Below are positions 27,900 to 37,932 of a DNA stretch of 64,000 nt, one piece after another. Positions within the stretch are counted from its first letter, which is position 1, and each line of letters starts with the position of its first letter. Origin of the DNA: Myxococcota bacterium (GTDB lineage Bacteria > Myxococcota_A > UBA796 > CAJQPC01); contig JAZAMN010000007.1 in NCBI GenBank assembly GCA_036229005.1, positions 1 through 64,000 of the forward strand, read 5' to 3'. The position numbers were made by a program, and so were the translations under genes. A model generated the notes under the pieces. That model was not told the origin of the DNA, searched no databases, and saw nothing but the letters and a program-made list of their open reading frames with translations.

Positions 27900-28464
27900 G
27901 CAGCTCGGTGCCGGCGTAGATCCGGTCCACGCTGAGCTGGAGATCGGGGGTGGGCAGCCTGAGGGTCTCGCCGGGGCCGAAGGTGCGGAGGGTCCAGCTC
28001 TCGTCGGGGTTGCGGGAGTGGACCTCCACCATCACCCGCTCGCTGTCCACGAACACAAGAGTGTCCATGCCGGCAACTCCCCGGTAGTCCCGGGCCTTGC
28101 GGCCGCGGTCGTGGTCCTCGGTGCTGGGGGAGAGCACCTCGACGATCAGCTTGGGGTTGGTGCAGGCGTTGCCGTCATGCACGGGATGCTCCACCTGCCC
28201 GCAAACCAGGGTGACGTCCGGGTAGACGGCCCGATCCGCGTGGGCCAGCCACACCTTGAGGTCCGCCGTGAAGGGGCGACATGGGGTGCCCTCGGCCGCG
28301 TTCCCGAAGTGGCGGATCAGGTTCGCGGCGAGGAGCGCGTGGTCCGCAGATCCCCCGGCCATTGCGAAGACCTCTCCCGAGCAGAACTCATGCCGAACCC
28401 CCGTCTCCGCCTCCAGGGCCAGGTACTCCGCGTAGCTCAGTCGCTGTGCTGCAGGCTCACCCAT
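27862..28464 (-). CDS. Uma2 (DUF820) family putative endonuclease, 200 aa
   Basis: HEF..GE..AMAG....H, YPD, P.LIVEVLSPSTEDHDRG.K; 38-bp convergent overlap with the GT26 gene. Confidence 0.9.
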   Translation of the reverse strand: MGEPAAQRLSYAEYLALEAETGVRHEFCSGEVFAMAGGSADHALLAANLIRHFGNAAEGTPCRPFTADLKVWLAHADRAVYPDVTLVCGQVEHPVHDGNACTNPKLIVEVLSPSTEDHDRGRKARDYRGVAGMDTLVFVDSERVMVEVHSRNPDESWTLRTFGPGETLRLPTPDLQLSVDRIYAGTELLNPAAAPESPAQ

Positions 28465-28495
28465 CGCTCACTCCTTGCCCCTACCCTACCCCGAT

Positions 28496-30475
28496 TCAGC
28501 GCGGATCCGGCACCAAGGCGGCGCCTCGCTCGCCGAGCACCCAGATGCGGCCCTGGGGGTCCACCTGGAGGCCCTCGATGCTGCCCAGGGTCCACAGCTC
28601 GGGTGTGCCCAGGATGCGCTCTCCGTCCGGGATGCGGCGCAGCCGGAGCTCAGCGTCCAGGGCGATGCAGGACCGCTCCGCCGGGGGCCCGCCGCAGGCG
28701 ACCGAGAGCAGCTCCAGGTCCTGAAACGCGGGCACCGGGTGGGCCTTGCCGCTGAGGGGATCCAGGCGCTGGAGACCGACCGGCGTCCGCACCCAGAGGC
28801 CCCCGGCGTCCACCGCGAAGCCCAGGGCCCGACCGGCCTCCAGGTAGTCCCGGCTGGCGCCACTCAGGTCCACGGACATCACGCGCGCGCCGCTGGCCAC
28901 CCAGAGGCGCCCCCCCGGCCCCACCGCGAGGTCCTGGACGGGCTGATCGAAGTCGGTGGGGACGAAGCGCTCCAGCCCGCCGTCGTGGCGGTAGAGGCCG
29001 TCCGCGCTCCCCACCCAGAGCAGGCCCCCGTGCACGGCCGCGTGGGTGGCCTGGGTGGGCAGCGGGAAGCGCTCCAGCTTGTTGCGACGCACCCGCCAGG
29101 CGTTGCGCGGGCCCACCACCCAGAGGCTCTTGCCCTGGGTCTGCTCCAGCACGGACACGATGGGTCCGGGGAGCGCCAGCGCGTCCCGATAGCGCCGGGG
29201 GAGCTCCCCGATGGCGGCCAGCCCGTCCGGGGTGGCGAGCAGGGCGCCCTCCTCCCAGCCGAGCACGGAGAGCACCGCCCGTCCAGCCGGCGCCGGCGAG
29301 GTGGGCCAGCTCACCAGGGCGCCGTTGCGGGGCCAGAACAGGGAGAGGCCGCCGGCCGACCCGATCCACAGCTTGCCCTTGGGGCCCTCGATGACCTCGT
29401 AGGCGGACGGGGCTGGCAGGCCCTGGGGGATGCCCCACACAGCGACGGGGGTGGGCCCCTCCAGCGCGACCACCCCGGCCCCCTCCACCGCCGCGTAGAG
29501 CAGAGGACCGATGCGCTCCAGGGCGTAGACGGCGCCGCTCTCGGGCATCCAGTAGGGGCTGAGCACGCCCTCGCGCAGGCGCAGGATGCCCTGGGTGTCG
29601 GTGGCGAGCAGGATCTGCCCGGGGTCGTGGGTGTCGATGTCCCAGACGTTGATGTCGGGGCTGACGCCCTCGATGGGTTCACCCTGGGGCAGGCCGTGTA
29701 GCCCCGCGTAGCCCACCCACTGGCGCTCATCGCGGCCCACGCTCAGGGAGAAGACGCTGCGCGGGCCCAGCAGCGGGGTGACCTGGGCGTTGAGGGCCAG
29801 GTGGTCCAGGCCCTTGTAGCTGCCGACCCAGGCGCCGCCCTCGGGGTGGGCAGCCAGGACCTGTACCCAGGGGTCGGAGAGCGCGTCGTCCCAGACCCGC
29901 TGGACCGCGCCGCTCTCGATGACCGCGAGCCCGGCGGAGCTGCCCACCCACACCCGCTCGCCTTCGACGGCGACGGCGTTGACCTGGGCGCTCGGCAGGC
30001 CCTGCGCCACGCCCCAGGTCTGCACCTCCAGATGGGCCTTGTCGGCGCGCACCAGCCCGCCGTCCAGCAGCGCGACCCAGGCCCCCTGCTGGCCGATGGG
30101 CGCGATGTCGGCGGCCTCCAGTCCAGGGAGCTGCCCGGGCCAAGCCATCGCCGAGAGGCTGGCGGCGTCCAGGCCCCACTGCACCGGGATCACCTCGCTT
30201 GGGCCCAGAGCGTCGAGGATGCGGAGCTGGCTGCCGATGGGGAGCGGTGGGCTGACCCAGCCGGGGGTGGCCTGATCCGTCAGCTCCCTCCAGGACTCTC
30301 CCTTGCGCAGCTCCACGCGGACCGGGGCGGCGGGCTCCGGCCAGGGGGCGTCCCAGTAGAGGGCGACAGGGCGGGGATCTTCGAGCGCGGCCAGGGACTC
30401 GGGCGGCAGGGCGATGGCCCGAAGGTGCGTGGGAGCCGCCACTGCCGCGGAGGACAGCCACAAGCTCAGGAGCAA
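28496..30475 (-). CDS. Exported beta-propeller protein (two-component-regulator propeller-like repeats), about 659 aa
   Basis: Repeated GLPS..V, G.LW[IV]G...GL blades; signal peptide from TTG 30475 overlapping the upstream stop. Start uncertain. Confidence 0.7.
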   Translation of the reverse strand: MLLSLWLSSAAVAAPTHLRAIALPPESLAALEDPRPVALYWDAPWPEPAAPVRVELRKGESWRELTDQATPGWVSPPLPIGSQLRILDALGPSEVIPVQWGLDAASLSAMAWPGQLPGLEAADIAPIGQQGAWVALLDGGLVRADKAHLEVQTWGVAQGLPSAQVNAVAVEGERVWVGSSAGLAVIESGAVQRVWDDALSDPWVQVLAAHPEGGAWVGSYKGLDHLALNAQVTPLLGPRSVFSLSVGRDERQWVGYAGLHGLPQGEPIEGVSPDINVWDIDTHDPGQILLATDTQGILRLREGVLSPYWMPESGAVYALERIGPLLYAAVEGAGVVALEGPTPVAVWGIPQGLPAPSAYEVIEGPKGKLWIGSAGGLSLFWPRNGALVSWPTSPAPAGRAVLSVLGWEEGALLATPDGLAAIGELPRRYRDALALPGPIVSVLEQTQGKSLWVVGPRNAWRVRRNKLERFPLPTQATHAAVHGGLLWVGSADGLYRHDGGLERFVPTDFDQPVQDLAVGPGGRLWVASGARVMSVDLSGASRDYLEAGRALGFAVDAGGLWVRTPVGLQRLDPLSGKAHPVPAFQDLELLSVACGGPPAERSCIALDAELRLRRIPDGERILGTPELWTLGSIEGLQVDPQGRIWVLGERGAALVPDPR

Positions 30476-31710
30476 AGGGCCTCCACCTGGGCCTTGTAGC
30501 GCCGGGCGTGGGCGTCCAGAAAGCCGGTCTCGCCCTCCAGCTCCAGGGCGCCGCTGGGGCAGGCCCACCAGCAGTAGAGGCACTGGATGCAGTCGGGCGG
30601 GTCGGTCTTCACGCCGATTTCGGCGGCGGGCAGGTGGGTGGGGCAGACCTCCGCGCAGGCCCCGCAGTCGTCGCACTTGTCGGCGAGCTGGCGCAGCCCG
30701 TGGATGGCGTCGTCCTGCAGGCTGTAGCGGTCCTGGATGATGCGGGCCTTGTAGGCGAGCTGGTTGACCTGAGGCATGTCGACCAGGGGGCGCACGGCCA
30801 GCTTGAGCCAGTGCAGGCTGCGGGCCTCGGAGAGCTCGGCCAGGCGGGAGCGGGGAGGAGCGGCTCTGATGCGCTTGACCAGCGGAATCTGCACCGCGCT
30901 GGACTCGAGCAGCTCCTGGGACACCAGCCCGGCTTCGATGGCATGCACGAGGTACGGGACCTGCTCGACGGGCATCCCCACCAGCCGGCAGGCGGCGACG
31001 TCGTTGACGAAGGCGTCCGCGCTGAACATCAGGTGGCCCAGGCGCACGGGCTCGCCGTCACCGGGGCCGTTGCCCTCCATGCCGACCAGGGCGTCGACGA
31101 CGATGAGGTCGGGGCGCACGACCTCGTTGATGGCCATGATGTTGCGGCCCAGGTCCCGGTGCATCTCGCGCTTGTCCTGGCCGCGGCAGATGCCCACCCA
31201 GTTCTTGAGGGCGCAGGAGAGGCCGGCCTCGGCGTGGGTCTTGATCTTGGGCACGGAGATCAGGAAGTCGGCGTCCAGCACCGCGTTGGCGATGCCCGGG
31301 CGGGAGCGGCCGGTCAGGGGCACGGGCACCGCGCCGTCGTGGTTCAGGTCCAGCGTCTTCACGCCGTAGCGCTGCTGGAGCCGGTCGATGCGCAGGCGTG
31401 AGAAGGTGTCGATGCCCCGGCGGTGCACGCCCACGTTGGAGCCGTCGGCCACGGTGATGTCGCGGTAGCCGCGGTTCTGCAGGGCCTCAATCAGCGAGCA
31501 GAGCACCCGCAGGTCGCTGGAGTTGCCCACCAGCGCGCTCAGGTCGTTGTTCAGGTTGGGCTTGATGAGGATGCGGGCGCCCAGGGGCGGCAGGCGCTCG
31601 GCCCACTGCTCCAGGCCCCACTCCACCGACTCCTTGACCTGGGCGGGGGTCCAGGCCTTGGCGACGCAGACGCGGGCGTCATCGGCGAGTTGGTAGCTGT
31701 GGCGGCTCAC
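30466..31710 (-). CDS. DUF362 protein with C-terminal 2x[4Fe-4S] ferredoxin, 414 aa
   Basis: LIKPN, PKIKTH, LKN, GMEGNGP; CDDCGACAEVCP and CIQCLYCWWACP; GTGA overlap. Confidence 0.88.
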   Translation of the reverse strand: MSRHSYQLADDARVCVAKAWTPAQVKESVEWGLEQWAERLPPLGARILIKPNLNNDLSALVGNSSDLRVLCSLIEALQNRGYRDITVADGSNVGVHRRGIDTFSRLRIDRLQQRYGVKTLDLNHDGAVPVPLTGRSRPGIANAVLDADFLISVPKIKTHAEAGLSCALKNWVGICRGQDKREMHRDLGRNIMAINEVVRPDLIVVDALVGMEGNGPGDGEPVRLGHLMFSADAFVNDVAACRLVGMPVEQVPYLVHAIEAGLVSQELLESSAVQIPLVKRIRAAPPRSRLAELSEARSLHWLKLAVRPLVDMPQVNQLAYKARIIQDRYSLQDDAIHGLRQLADKCDDCGACAEVCPTHLPAAEIGVKTDPPDCIQCLYCWWACPSGALELEGETGFLDAHARRYKAQVEALCS

Positions 31711-32546
31711 GCGGGGGGCTCCTGCTCCATGAGATCGGTCCAGGCGACCCAGCCCGAGCCTTCGTAGCAGACCAGCAGATCCTGGGGGGGACCGTCTTGG
31801 GTCTGGCCCAGCTCGCTCAGGCGGCCCGGCCCCATCACATTGCCGTGTAGCTGGAAGAACCACAACTTGCGGTGCGCCTGGCTGCTGGCCCGCAGGCGGG
31901 TCTTGTCCAGGCAGGCCTGGTAGGCAGCGAGCTCGTCGTCGTCCCACACGCCGTTGTCGTTGGCGTCCCAGTGGGAGAGCAGCGCGGCCTGGCGCTCGAT
32001 GACGTCGCGGGCGTCAGCCTCCTCCTCCAGCTTGGCGATGAGGGCGTCCAGGCGCTCGGCGCGCTCGTCCAAGCCCCGGGCGCGCAGGTGCTCGACCTCC
32101 TTCTCCAGCAGCGACAGGGCGTGGGCCTCGCGCCAGCGGGAGGGCAGCAGGCCCAGGTGCTTGAGCAGCAGCGGCGTGAACCAGCTCGTCCCCGGCACCG
32201 GCAGGGTCCAGTTCACGGCGGCCAGCACGCCCGCGGGCACGATGCGGAACACGTCCAGGAGCTGGTTGCGGACCTGATCCTGCTCTTCGGGGGTGAGGGC
32301 CTCGCCGTCGCCGATGCGGCGCTTGAGGAGGCGGGCGAGCTCCTTGGACTCCTCGACCTCACCGCGCAGGTGACCGAGCTGTTCGCCGGCCATGGTCTTG
32401 AGGTTGGTCCACCCGCGCGCGAAGAGGCTGGGCGGCTCCTCGACCTCCTCGATCTCCTCGGCCGCCTGACGGAGGATGTCGGCGTCGGAGTCCAGGCCCT
32501 CCGAGTCGAGCTGCTCGGCCAGCTTGCGCAGATCTTCGCTGGACAC
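31707..32546 (-). CDS. Hypothetical protein (LETM1-like helical segment, EF-hand-like loop, GYF_2-like C-terminus), 279 aa
   Basis: QLLDVFRIVP...LPVPG...LLPS; DANDNGVWDDDEL; WFFQLHGNVMGP..LSEL. Confidence 0.6.
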   Translation of the reverse strand: MSSEDLRKLAEQLDSEGLDSDADILRQAAEEIEEVEEPPSLFARGWTNLKTMAGEQLGHLRGEVEESKELARLLKRRIGDGEALTPEEQDQVRNQLLDVFRIVPAGVLAAVNWTLPVPGTSWFTPLLLKHLGLLPSRWREAHALSLLEKEVEHLRARGLDERAERLDALIAKLEEEADARDVIERQAALLSHWDANDNGVWDDDELAAYQACLDKTRLRASSQAHRKLWFFQLHGNVMGPGRLSELGQTQDGPPQDLLVCYEGSGWVAWTDLMEQEPPA

Positions 32547-32570
32547 AATGGACTCCTGCTTGCCAGGGCT

Positions 32571-33638
32571 CTATCCCTGGATCACCTCGGCGAGCACGCG
32601 CTCGTAGCTGCGCCAGACCTGGGCCCAGTCATAGTGGGCGCTCACGTAGCGGCGCCCCTGGTCTCCCAGCTCCCTGGCGAGCTCGGGCTCGGACATCAGG
32701 CGCACCATGTGGTCCCGCATCGCGGCGACGTCCCCCGACGCGAAGGACAGACCGATGCCCCCGGTGGCCTCGCGGATGGCGGGCTGCTCGGTCCAGATCA
32801 CCGGCTTGCCGCAGGCCATGCCCTCGACCGCGGTGAAGCCGAAGCCCTCCTGCATCAGGGTCGGGAAGAGCACGACGTCGGCCCGCTGGTAGAAGGGGGC
32901 GATCTTGGGGACATCCACGTTGAAGCTGACGTTCAGCCCGTGCGCCTGCACCTTGAGCTGGTCCAGGAAGACCTTGTCGACGGCGGCCCCGACGATGTCC
33001 AGGTGGGCCTTCTGCTTGAGGGCCTTGGGCAGCCGCGCGAAGGCGTCGATCGCCAGGTGCTGGCCCTTCCCGGGCAGGATCCGGCTGGGGTACGCGAAGC
33101 GGAAGGGGCCCGAGGAGGAGGGGCTGTCAGGTGGCTGGAAGCGCTGGAGGTCCACCCCGTTGTGGATCACCTGCACGCGCTCTTGGGGGACGCCGACCTC
33201 GACGAGGCGCTGCTTGCTGGCTTCGCTGACCGTGATCACGGCGCGCAGGCGCCGCGACTTGAAGCGATAGAAGAGCTCCCGGGCGCGCGTGCCCACGTCC
33301 CGCCGGTCCAGCCCGAAGTTCAGGTCGTGCACGATGCAGACGGCGGGGGCGCCCAGCGCGGGGACCTCGATGGAGTTGGCCAGCACGGCGTCGGGCTTGA
33401 AGCGGCGGCTCTCCCGGGCGGCGGCCCACCACAGCGCCTGCCAGGACTGGCGGCGGCCCAGGTTGCGCAGGTCCACGGCGACGGCGTCCTCGGGGACCAG
33501 GGAGCGATCGCGCCGGTAGCCCACGACCAGGCGCACGGCGTGGTGCTCGCGGGCCTGCTCGACCAGCGACTGGAAGACGGTCTCGGTGCCGGAGCGCACA
33601 TCGGGGGGGTAGCGGCGGGCGACGAGCAACAGCTTCAT
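32571..33638 (-). CDS. Glycosyltransferase family 4, 355 aa
   Basis: YPP...G.E, IHNGVD, R..PGKG, EGFGFTAVEGMACGKP. Confidence 0.92.
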   Translation of the reverse strand: MKLLLVARRYPPDVRSGTETVFQSLVEQAREHHAVRLVVGYRRDRSLVPEDAVAVDLRNLGRRQSWQALWWAAARESRRFKPDAVLANSIEVPALGAPAVCIVHDLNFGLDRRDVGTRARELFYRFKSRRLRAVITVSEASKQRLVEVGVPQERVQVIHNGVDLQRFQPPDSPSSSGPFRFAYPSRILPGKGQHLAIDAFARLPKALKQKAHLDIVGAAVDKVFLDQLKVQAHGLNVSFNVDVPKIAPFYQRADVVLFPTLMQEGFGFTAVEGMACGKPVIWTEQPAIREATGGIGLSFASGDVAAMRDHMVRLMSEPELARELGDQGRRYVSAHYDWAQVWRSYERVLAEVIQG

Positions 33639-33667
33639 GGCGCGGTCCTCTGCGTGGTCAGGGGCCC

Positions 33668-34399
33668 TTAATCGGTGGGCATCTTGCCGCGGATCAAGAC
33701 GCTGCCGTAGAGCTCGGTGTCGAGCAGGGTGACCTCGGGCAGGCCAGCCGCGGCAGCGGCTTCAAGGAAGTCCTGGAGGGGCCATGCGCGCATGGTGTGG
33801 GACTCGTGGAGGCTGCGGACGGATCCCTCCCTCTCCTGCAGCAGGTAGGCGAAGTCCACCCGGAAGCGCCCGCTGGGGTCGGGCTCGTGGTGCCACTCGA
33901 GCAGGCGGGCGGAGCGGCCGTCGGGGTGGTCCCCTCCCCCGCTGGCGACCCCAGGCTGGTGGGTCTCGAGCACGGCGTCGGGGGCCAGGAGCACGACTCC
34001 GCCGGGGCGCAGGTGGCGGGCGGCGGATTGGAGGGCGGCGTCCAGGTCCCCGTCCTCGGTCAGGTACATCAGCACGTCGTGGATCAGCACGGCGTCGAAG
34101 CTGCGTCCGAGATCGAGGGTGCGCAGGTCGCCCTGGACGTGCTCCCGCGCGGGGTTGAGCTCTTGGGAGACGGCCAGCATCTCGGGGCGCAGGTCGTTGA
34201 GGACGACCTCGATGCGCGGGTCGATGCAGGTGGCCAAGTGTCCGGTGGCGGCGCCCAGCTCCAGCAGGGAGCCCAGGGGGGCGTCCAGGGCCTCCTGGAT
34301 GGCGCCCAGGAGGATGGCGGCGCGCTCGTCGTAGTCCTGGGGCGGGGTGAGCACGGGCCACCAGGGGGCCAGCTCGGTGTAGGTCTTGTGCGCGCTCAT
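33668..34399 (-). CDS. Class I SAM-dependent methyltransferase, 243 aa
   Basis: LLELGAATG, GDLR.L.L...FDAV, HLRPGG; ATGA overlap with the GST gene. Confidence 0.88.
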   Translation of the reverse strand: MSAHKTYTELAPWWPVLTPPQDYDERAAILLGAIQEALDAPLGSLLELGAATGHLATCIDPRIEVVLNDLRPEMLAVSQELNPAREHVQGDLRTLDLGRSFDAVLIHDVLMYLTEDGDLDAALQSAARHLRPGGVVLLAPDAVLETHQPGVASGGGDHPDGRSARLLEWHHEPDPSGRFRVDFAYLLQEREGSVRSLHESHTMRAWPLQDFLEAAAAAGLPEVTLLDTELYGSVLIRGKMPTD

Positions 34400-35079
34400 A
34401 CCAGCATGTCCTGGGCGCGCTCGATGAAGCGGGCCTCGTCTTCGGGGCTGCGGAGGGGGGCATCGCCGGGCACGTCCTTGCCGCGCCGTACAGCAGGTCG
34501 GACCTTGATGCGGTCGTGCCAGTCCTTGAGGCCGGGCAGGCCGCTGTTGTCGACGCCGGACCAGCGGGCGGTGTGGGTCCAGGACCAACAGGCGATGTCC
34601 GCGATGGAGTAGTGCTCCCCGCCCAGCCAGGGGACCTGCTGCAGGCGCGCGTCCATGACCTCCAGCAGGCGGCGGGACTCGCGCTGGTAGCGCTCGATGG
34701 CCCAGGGCAGCTTCTCGGGGGCGTAGCGGAAGAACACGTTGGCCTGTCCCATCATGGGACCCAGCCCGCCCATCTGCCACATCAGCCACTGGGTGACGAC
34801 GCTGGCGCCCTGGGGGTCGCTGGGGATGAGCTGGCCGTGCTTCTGCGCCAGGTAGAGCATCAGCGCGCCCGACTCGAAGACCACAAAGTCGCCGGCGCTG
34901 TGGTCGACCAGCGCGGGAATGCGGCCGTTGGGGTTGAGGGCCACAAAGCCCGGGCGCTTCTGCTCGCCCTTGCTGAGATCGACGGGGACCACGCGGTAGT
35001 CGACGCCCAGCTCCTCCAGAGTGATGGAGGCCTTCCAGCCGTTGGGGGTGGCCGCGGTGTAGAGGGTGTAGTCGGGCAT
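34396..35079 (-). CDS. Glutathione S-transferase (YfcG/Nu-class-like), 227 aa
   Basis: TPNG, LNPNGRIPAL, FESGA, WQMGGLGPMMGQ, YSIADIA. Confidence 0.92.
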   Translation of the reverse strand: MPDYTLYTAATPNGWKASITLEELGVDYRVVPVDLSKGEQKRPGFVALNPNGRIPALVDHSAGDFVVFESGALMLYLAQKHGQLIPSDPQGASVVTQWLMWQMGGLGPMMGQANVFFRYAPEKLPWAIERYQRESRRLLEVMDARLQQVPWLGGEHYSIADIACWSWTHTARWSGVDNSGLPGLKDWHDRIKVRPAVRRGKDVPGDAPLRSPEDEARFIERAQDMLV

Positions 35080-35172
35080 GGGGGCTCCAGCGGGGAAGAT
35101 ATCGCCCTGCGCTGGCGCAGGGTTCGCGAATCCACGCCTTGTTGTCCTCGCCTGCGCGGGAGAGTCTTGGGC

Positions 35173-35646
35173 ATGCTCTGGCTGCTGCTGGCTTGTGAAG
35201 GTGAGGTCGTGGACTCGGGAGAGCCCCAGAGCCACCTCCTGCTCCCTGAACACAGCCAGTGCTTTGAGGCCGGGCACGTGATGGACGCGGAGACCTGCCT
35301 GGCGGTGGTCGAAGAAGACGGGCGACAGCCCACGGTCTCGGAGAACAAGAGCGGCCAAGCCCCCGACCCGGAGGACCCCCGCCTGGAGGACCCGGAGCTG
35401 CTCTGGCTGGCTGCGGAGATCGAGCGCTGCACCTGCGTGTGCTGCCACAAAGAGGCCTACGGCGGGCCGGGCGTGTACTTCTACGACATGGACTTCTCGC
35501 CGGTGTGGATCGACTCGGCGTCGACCTGGAGCCTGAACGTGCTGTCGGGGGAGACGAACAACCCGACGCAGTCGCTGCCCAGCGACGAGCCGGAGCGGGT
35601 GCTGGCGATCATCGAGGCCGAGATCGACCGCCGCTATGGAGACTGA
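35173..35646 (+). CDS. Small lipoprotein with a CxxCH motif (possible c-type cytochrome), 157 aa
   Basis: MLWLLLAC lipobox; CTCVCCH contains C-V-C-C-H. Confidence 0.65.
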   Translation: MLWLLLACEGEVVDSGEPQSHLLLPEHSQCFEAGHVMDAETCLAVVEEDGRQPTVSENKSGQAPDPEDPRLEDPELLWLAAEIERCTCVCCHKEAYGGPGVYFYDMDFSPVWIDSASTWSLNVLSGETNNPTQSLPSDEPERVLAIIEAEIDRRYGD

Positions 35647-35700
35647 GCCCCCCTGAACCCCGTGGTAGCCTGCGTTCGCAACATCACTGAGGGGGTTCAA

Positions 35701-37713
35701 ATGACTCTGCTGAGCGCGCTCGCGCTGCTGGCCTGCCGGTCCACTGTCACTGTCGACTCGGGGGACTGCGCGCAGACTCTCTGGTACGCCGACGCGGACC
35801 AGGATGGCTACGGCGGCAACATCTTCGTGGAGGGCTGCGAGCAGCCCGAGGGCTTTGTCGCCGACAACAGCGACTGCAACGACCTCCACGCGGCGACACA
35901 CCCGGGGGCCGACGAGCTCTGCGACGGGCTGGACAACGACTGCGACGGAGAGCTGGACGAGGACGCGACGGAGCTGGGGCTCTGGTACGCGGACCTGGAC
36001 CTGGACGGCTTCGGAGACCCCGAGAGCGCCGTGGCGGCCTGCGAGCAGCCCTCCGGGATGGTGGAGAACGACCTGGACTGCGATGACAGCGCCGCCGAGA
36101 TCCACCCGGACGCCGAGGAGCTGGCCTGCAACGGGGTCGACGAGGACTGCGACGGAGAGGACGGCGGCCTGGTCGTGGACGGCACGGACTACGAGACCAT
36201 CCAGGACGCCATCGACGACGCGGTGGATGGCGACGCGATCTGCGTCTCCGCGGGGACCTGGGAGGAGGACCTGCGCTTGCGGAGTCTAGATGGCCTGCAG
36301 GTCGTCGGAGCCGGCGCCCACACCACCACAATCCAGGGCACTGGACGCGGCCCTGTCGTGGACATCGGCAACAGCGAGGACCTGCTGCTGGAGGGCTTCA
36401 CCATCACCGGCGGGATCGCCAAGAACGGGGCCGGCCTGCTCATCCAGGACAGCAGCGCGACGCTCCGGGACGTGGTCTCCACGGCGAACCGCTGCGAGGC
36501 CAGCGAGTGCGCGGGCGTCGGGCTGTGGGCGGAGGACTCGGAGCTGACGCTGGAGGCCTGCGCGTTCGAGGGCAACGTCGCGGGGATCGACACGACGAGC
36601 TCGAGTCAGAGCGCAGCGGGCGTGGGCGCCTGGTTCAGACAGAGCGAGGTCGAGGCCAGCGACACCCACTTTGACGGAAACCGGGCGAACATGCCCAACT
36701 ACTACCCGGGCTTGACGGGGCAGAACACCCTGTATTCCTTCGGCGTGGGCGTGCACGCCGAAGAGAGCGACCTGTACTTCTCCGCCGTCACGATCGACCG
36801 GAACGAGAGCGAGGGACCAAAGACGACCCCCTCGAACCCCTACTACAAGGATCTGTCCACCATCAACGGCGGCGGCCTGTGGGTCGGGGACACCGACCTG
36901 GACTGGGATGGGGGCTCGGTGAGCGGCAACTTCTCGGCCCCGGCCGAGGGCGCCGTGGGCATCTACGGCTTCGCCAGCGGCGCGGGCGTCTACAGCACCC
37001 AGAGCGACCTGCTGCTCCGGAACGTGACGGTCTCCGGGAACCGGGTGGAGGGGGTGAGCGACAGCCAGGGAGGCGGGCTCTATGTGAGCGAAGGCTCGCT
37101 GGAGATGGAGAACGCCATCGTCGCCGGGAACCTCCTCCGGATGAACGCCAGCGACACCCACTGCACGGTCTTTGGCGCGGGGATGATGGTCCACGCGCCC
37201 GTCAGCCTGAGCAACGTGTCGATCACCGGCAACGTGGGCGAGGTGGCCTGTACGGGGCTGACGAGCCTCTACTACACGAGGCTGCAGGGAGGCGCCGTCT
37301 ACTACGTCTCCGACGCTGACCACGGCTTCCAGGCGGTGAACGTGGACGTCAGCGACAACGCGCTGACCCAGACCGTCTCCGGGAGCGCCTACAACTACGT
37401 CCATGGCGCCGCCTTTTACAACTCCAGCAGCTCCAGCAGCATCCAGGCCACCATCGGGTTCCGCTACTCCAACATCAGCGACAACACCCCGACGCAGGAC
37501 GCCTGGTACAACTACGACAGCCCCATCCACAGCGACGGGAACATCAGCCAGGCCCCCGGGTACACCGACACGAGCGCCCCAGACGCCTGGGACTGGGACC
37601 TGGTGCTGAGCAGCACGAGCGCCCTGGTGGACGCCGGCGATCCCAGCCTGAAGGACCCGGACGGGAGCACCAGCGACATCGGCAGCCACGGCGGGCCGAA
37701 CGCGGGCTGGTAG
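35701..37713 (+). CDS. Lipoprotein with 2 MopE-type Cys-rich repeats and a parallel beta-helix, 670 aa
   Basis: Lipobox LLAC; TIQDAID, GFTITGG, GGG/GAG repeats, C-terminal DAGDP...D.DG...DIG..GG. Confidence 0.85.
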   Translation: MTLLSALALLACRSTVTVDSGDCAQTLWYADADQDGYGGNIFVEGCEQPEGFVADNSDCNDLHAATHPGADELCDGLDNDCDGELDEDATELGLWYADLDLDGFGDPESAVAACEQPSGMVENDLDCDDSAAEIHPDAEELACNGVDEDCDGEDGGLVVDGTDYETIQDAIDDAVDGDAICVSAGTWEEDLRLRSLDGLQVVGAGAHTTTIQGTGRGPVVDIGNSEDLLLEGFTITGGIAKNGAGLLIQDSSATLRDVVSTANRCEASECAGVGLWAEDSELTLEACAFEGNVAGIDTTSSSQSAAGVGAWFRQSEVEASDTHFDGNRANMPNYYPGLTGQNTLYSFGVGVHAEESDLYFSAVTIDRNESEGPKTTPSNPYYKDLSTINGGGLWVGDTDLDWDGGSVSGNFSAPAEGAVGIYGFASGAGVYSTQSDLLLRNVTVSGNRVEGVSDSQGGGLYVSEGSLEMENAIVAGNLLRMNASDTHCTVFGAGMMVHAPVSLSNVSITGNVGEVACTGLTSLYYTRLQGGAVYYVSDADHGFQAVNVDVSDNALTQTVSGSAYNYVHGAAFYNSSSSSSIQATIGFRYSNISDNTPTQDAWYNYDSPIHSDGNISQAPGYTDTSAPDAWDWDLVLSSTSALVDAGDPSLKDPDGSTSDIGSHGGPNAGW

Positions 37714-37932
37714 CGCCACGGCTCGCTGCTCCCGGTAGGTGGCAGGCGGGAGCTGGCGGGGAGCCTGGGCTGGTGCCGGCGGGATCCACCCGCTACTCTC
37801 CGCCCAGGCCTGACCCGGGCCTCCGCCCTCCATCGGGGAAGCAGCAGCCTGCGGGGTCGCGCGAACAGACGGCCCTCCTCAGGGAGAGAGGCGCACGCGG
37901 AGGGACTGCGCTCGCGTCCCACTGGAGTCCCC

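Noticed and set aside
27862..28464. Uma2 gene as an anti-phage or restriction system
   Set aside because: A solitary member of a family that is commonly expanded; no DNA methylase or defence neighbours.
35113..35128. Second sigma54 promoter (TGGCGC-N5-TCGCG)
   Set aside because: GG-N10-GC spacing is right but the -12 element is poor; likely chance in GC-rich DNA.
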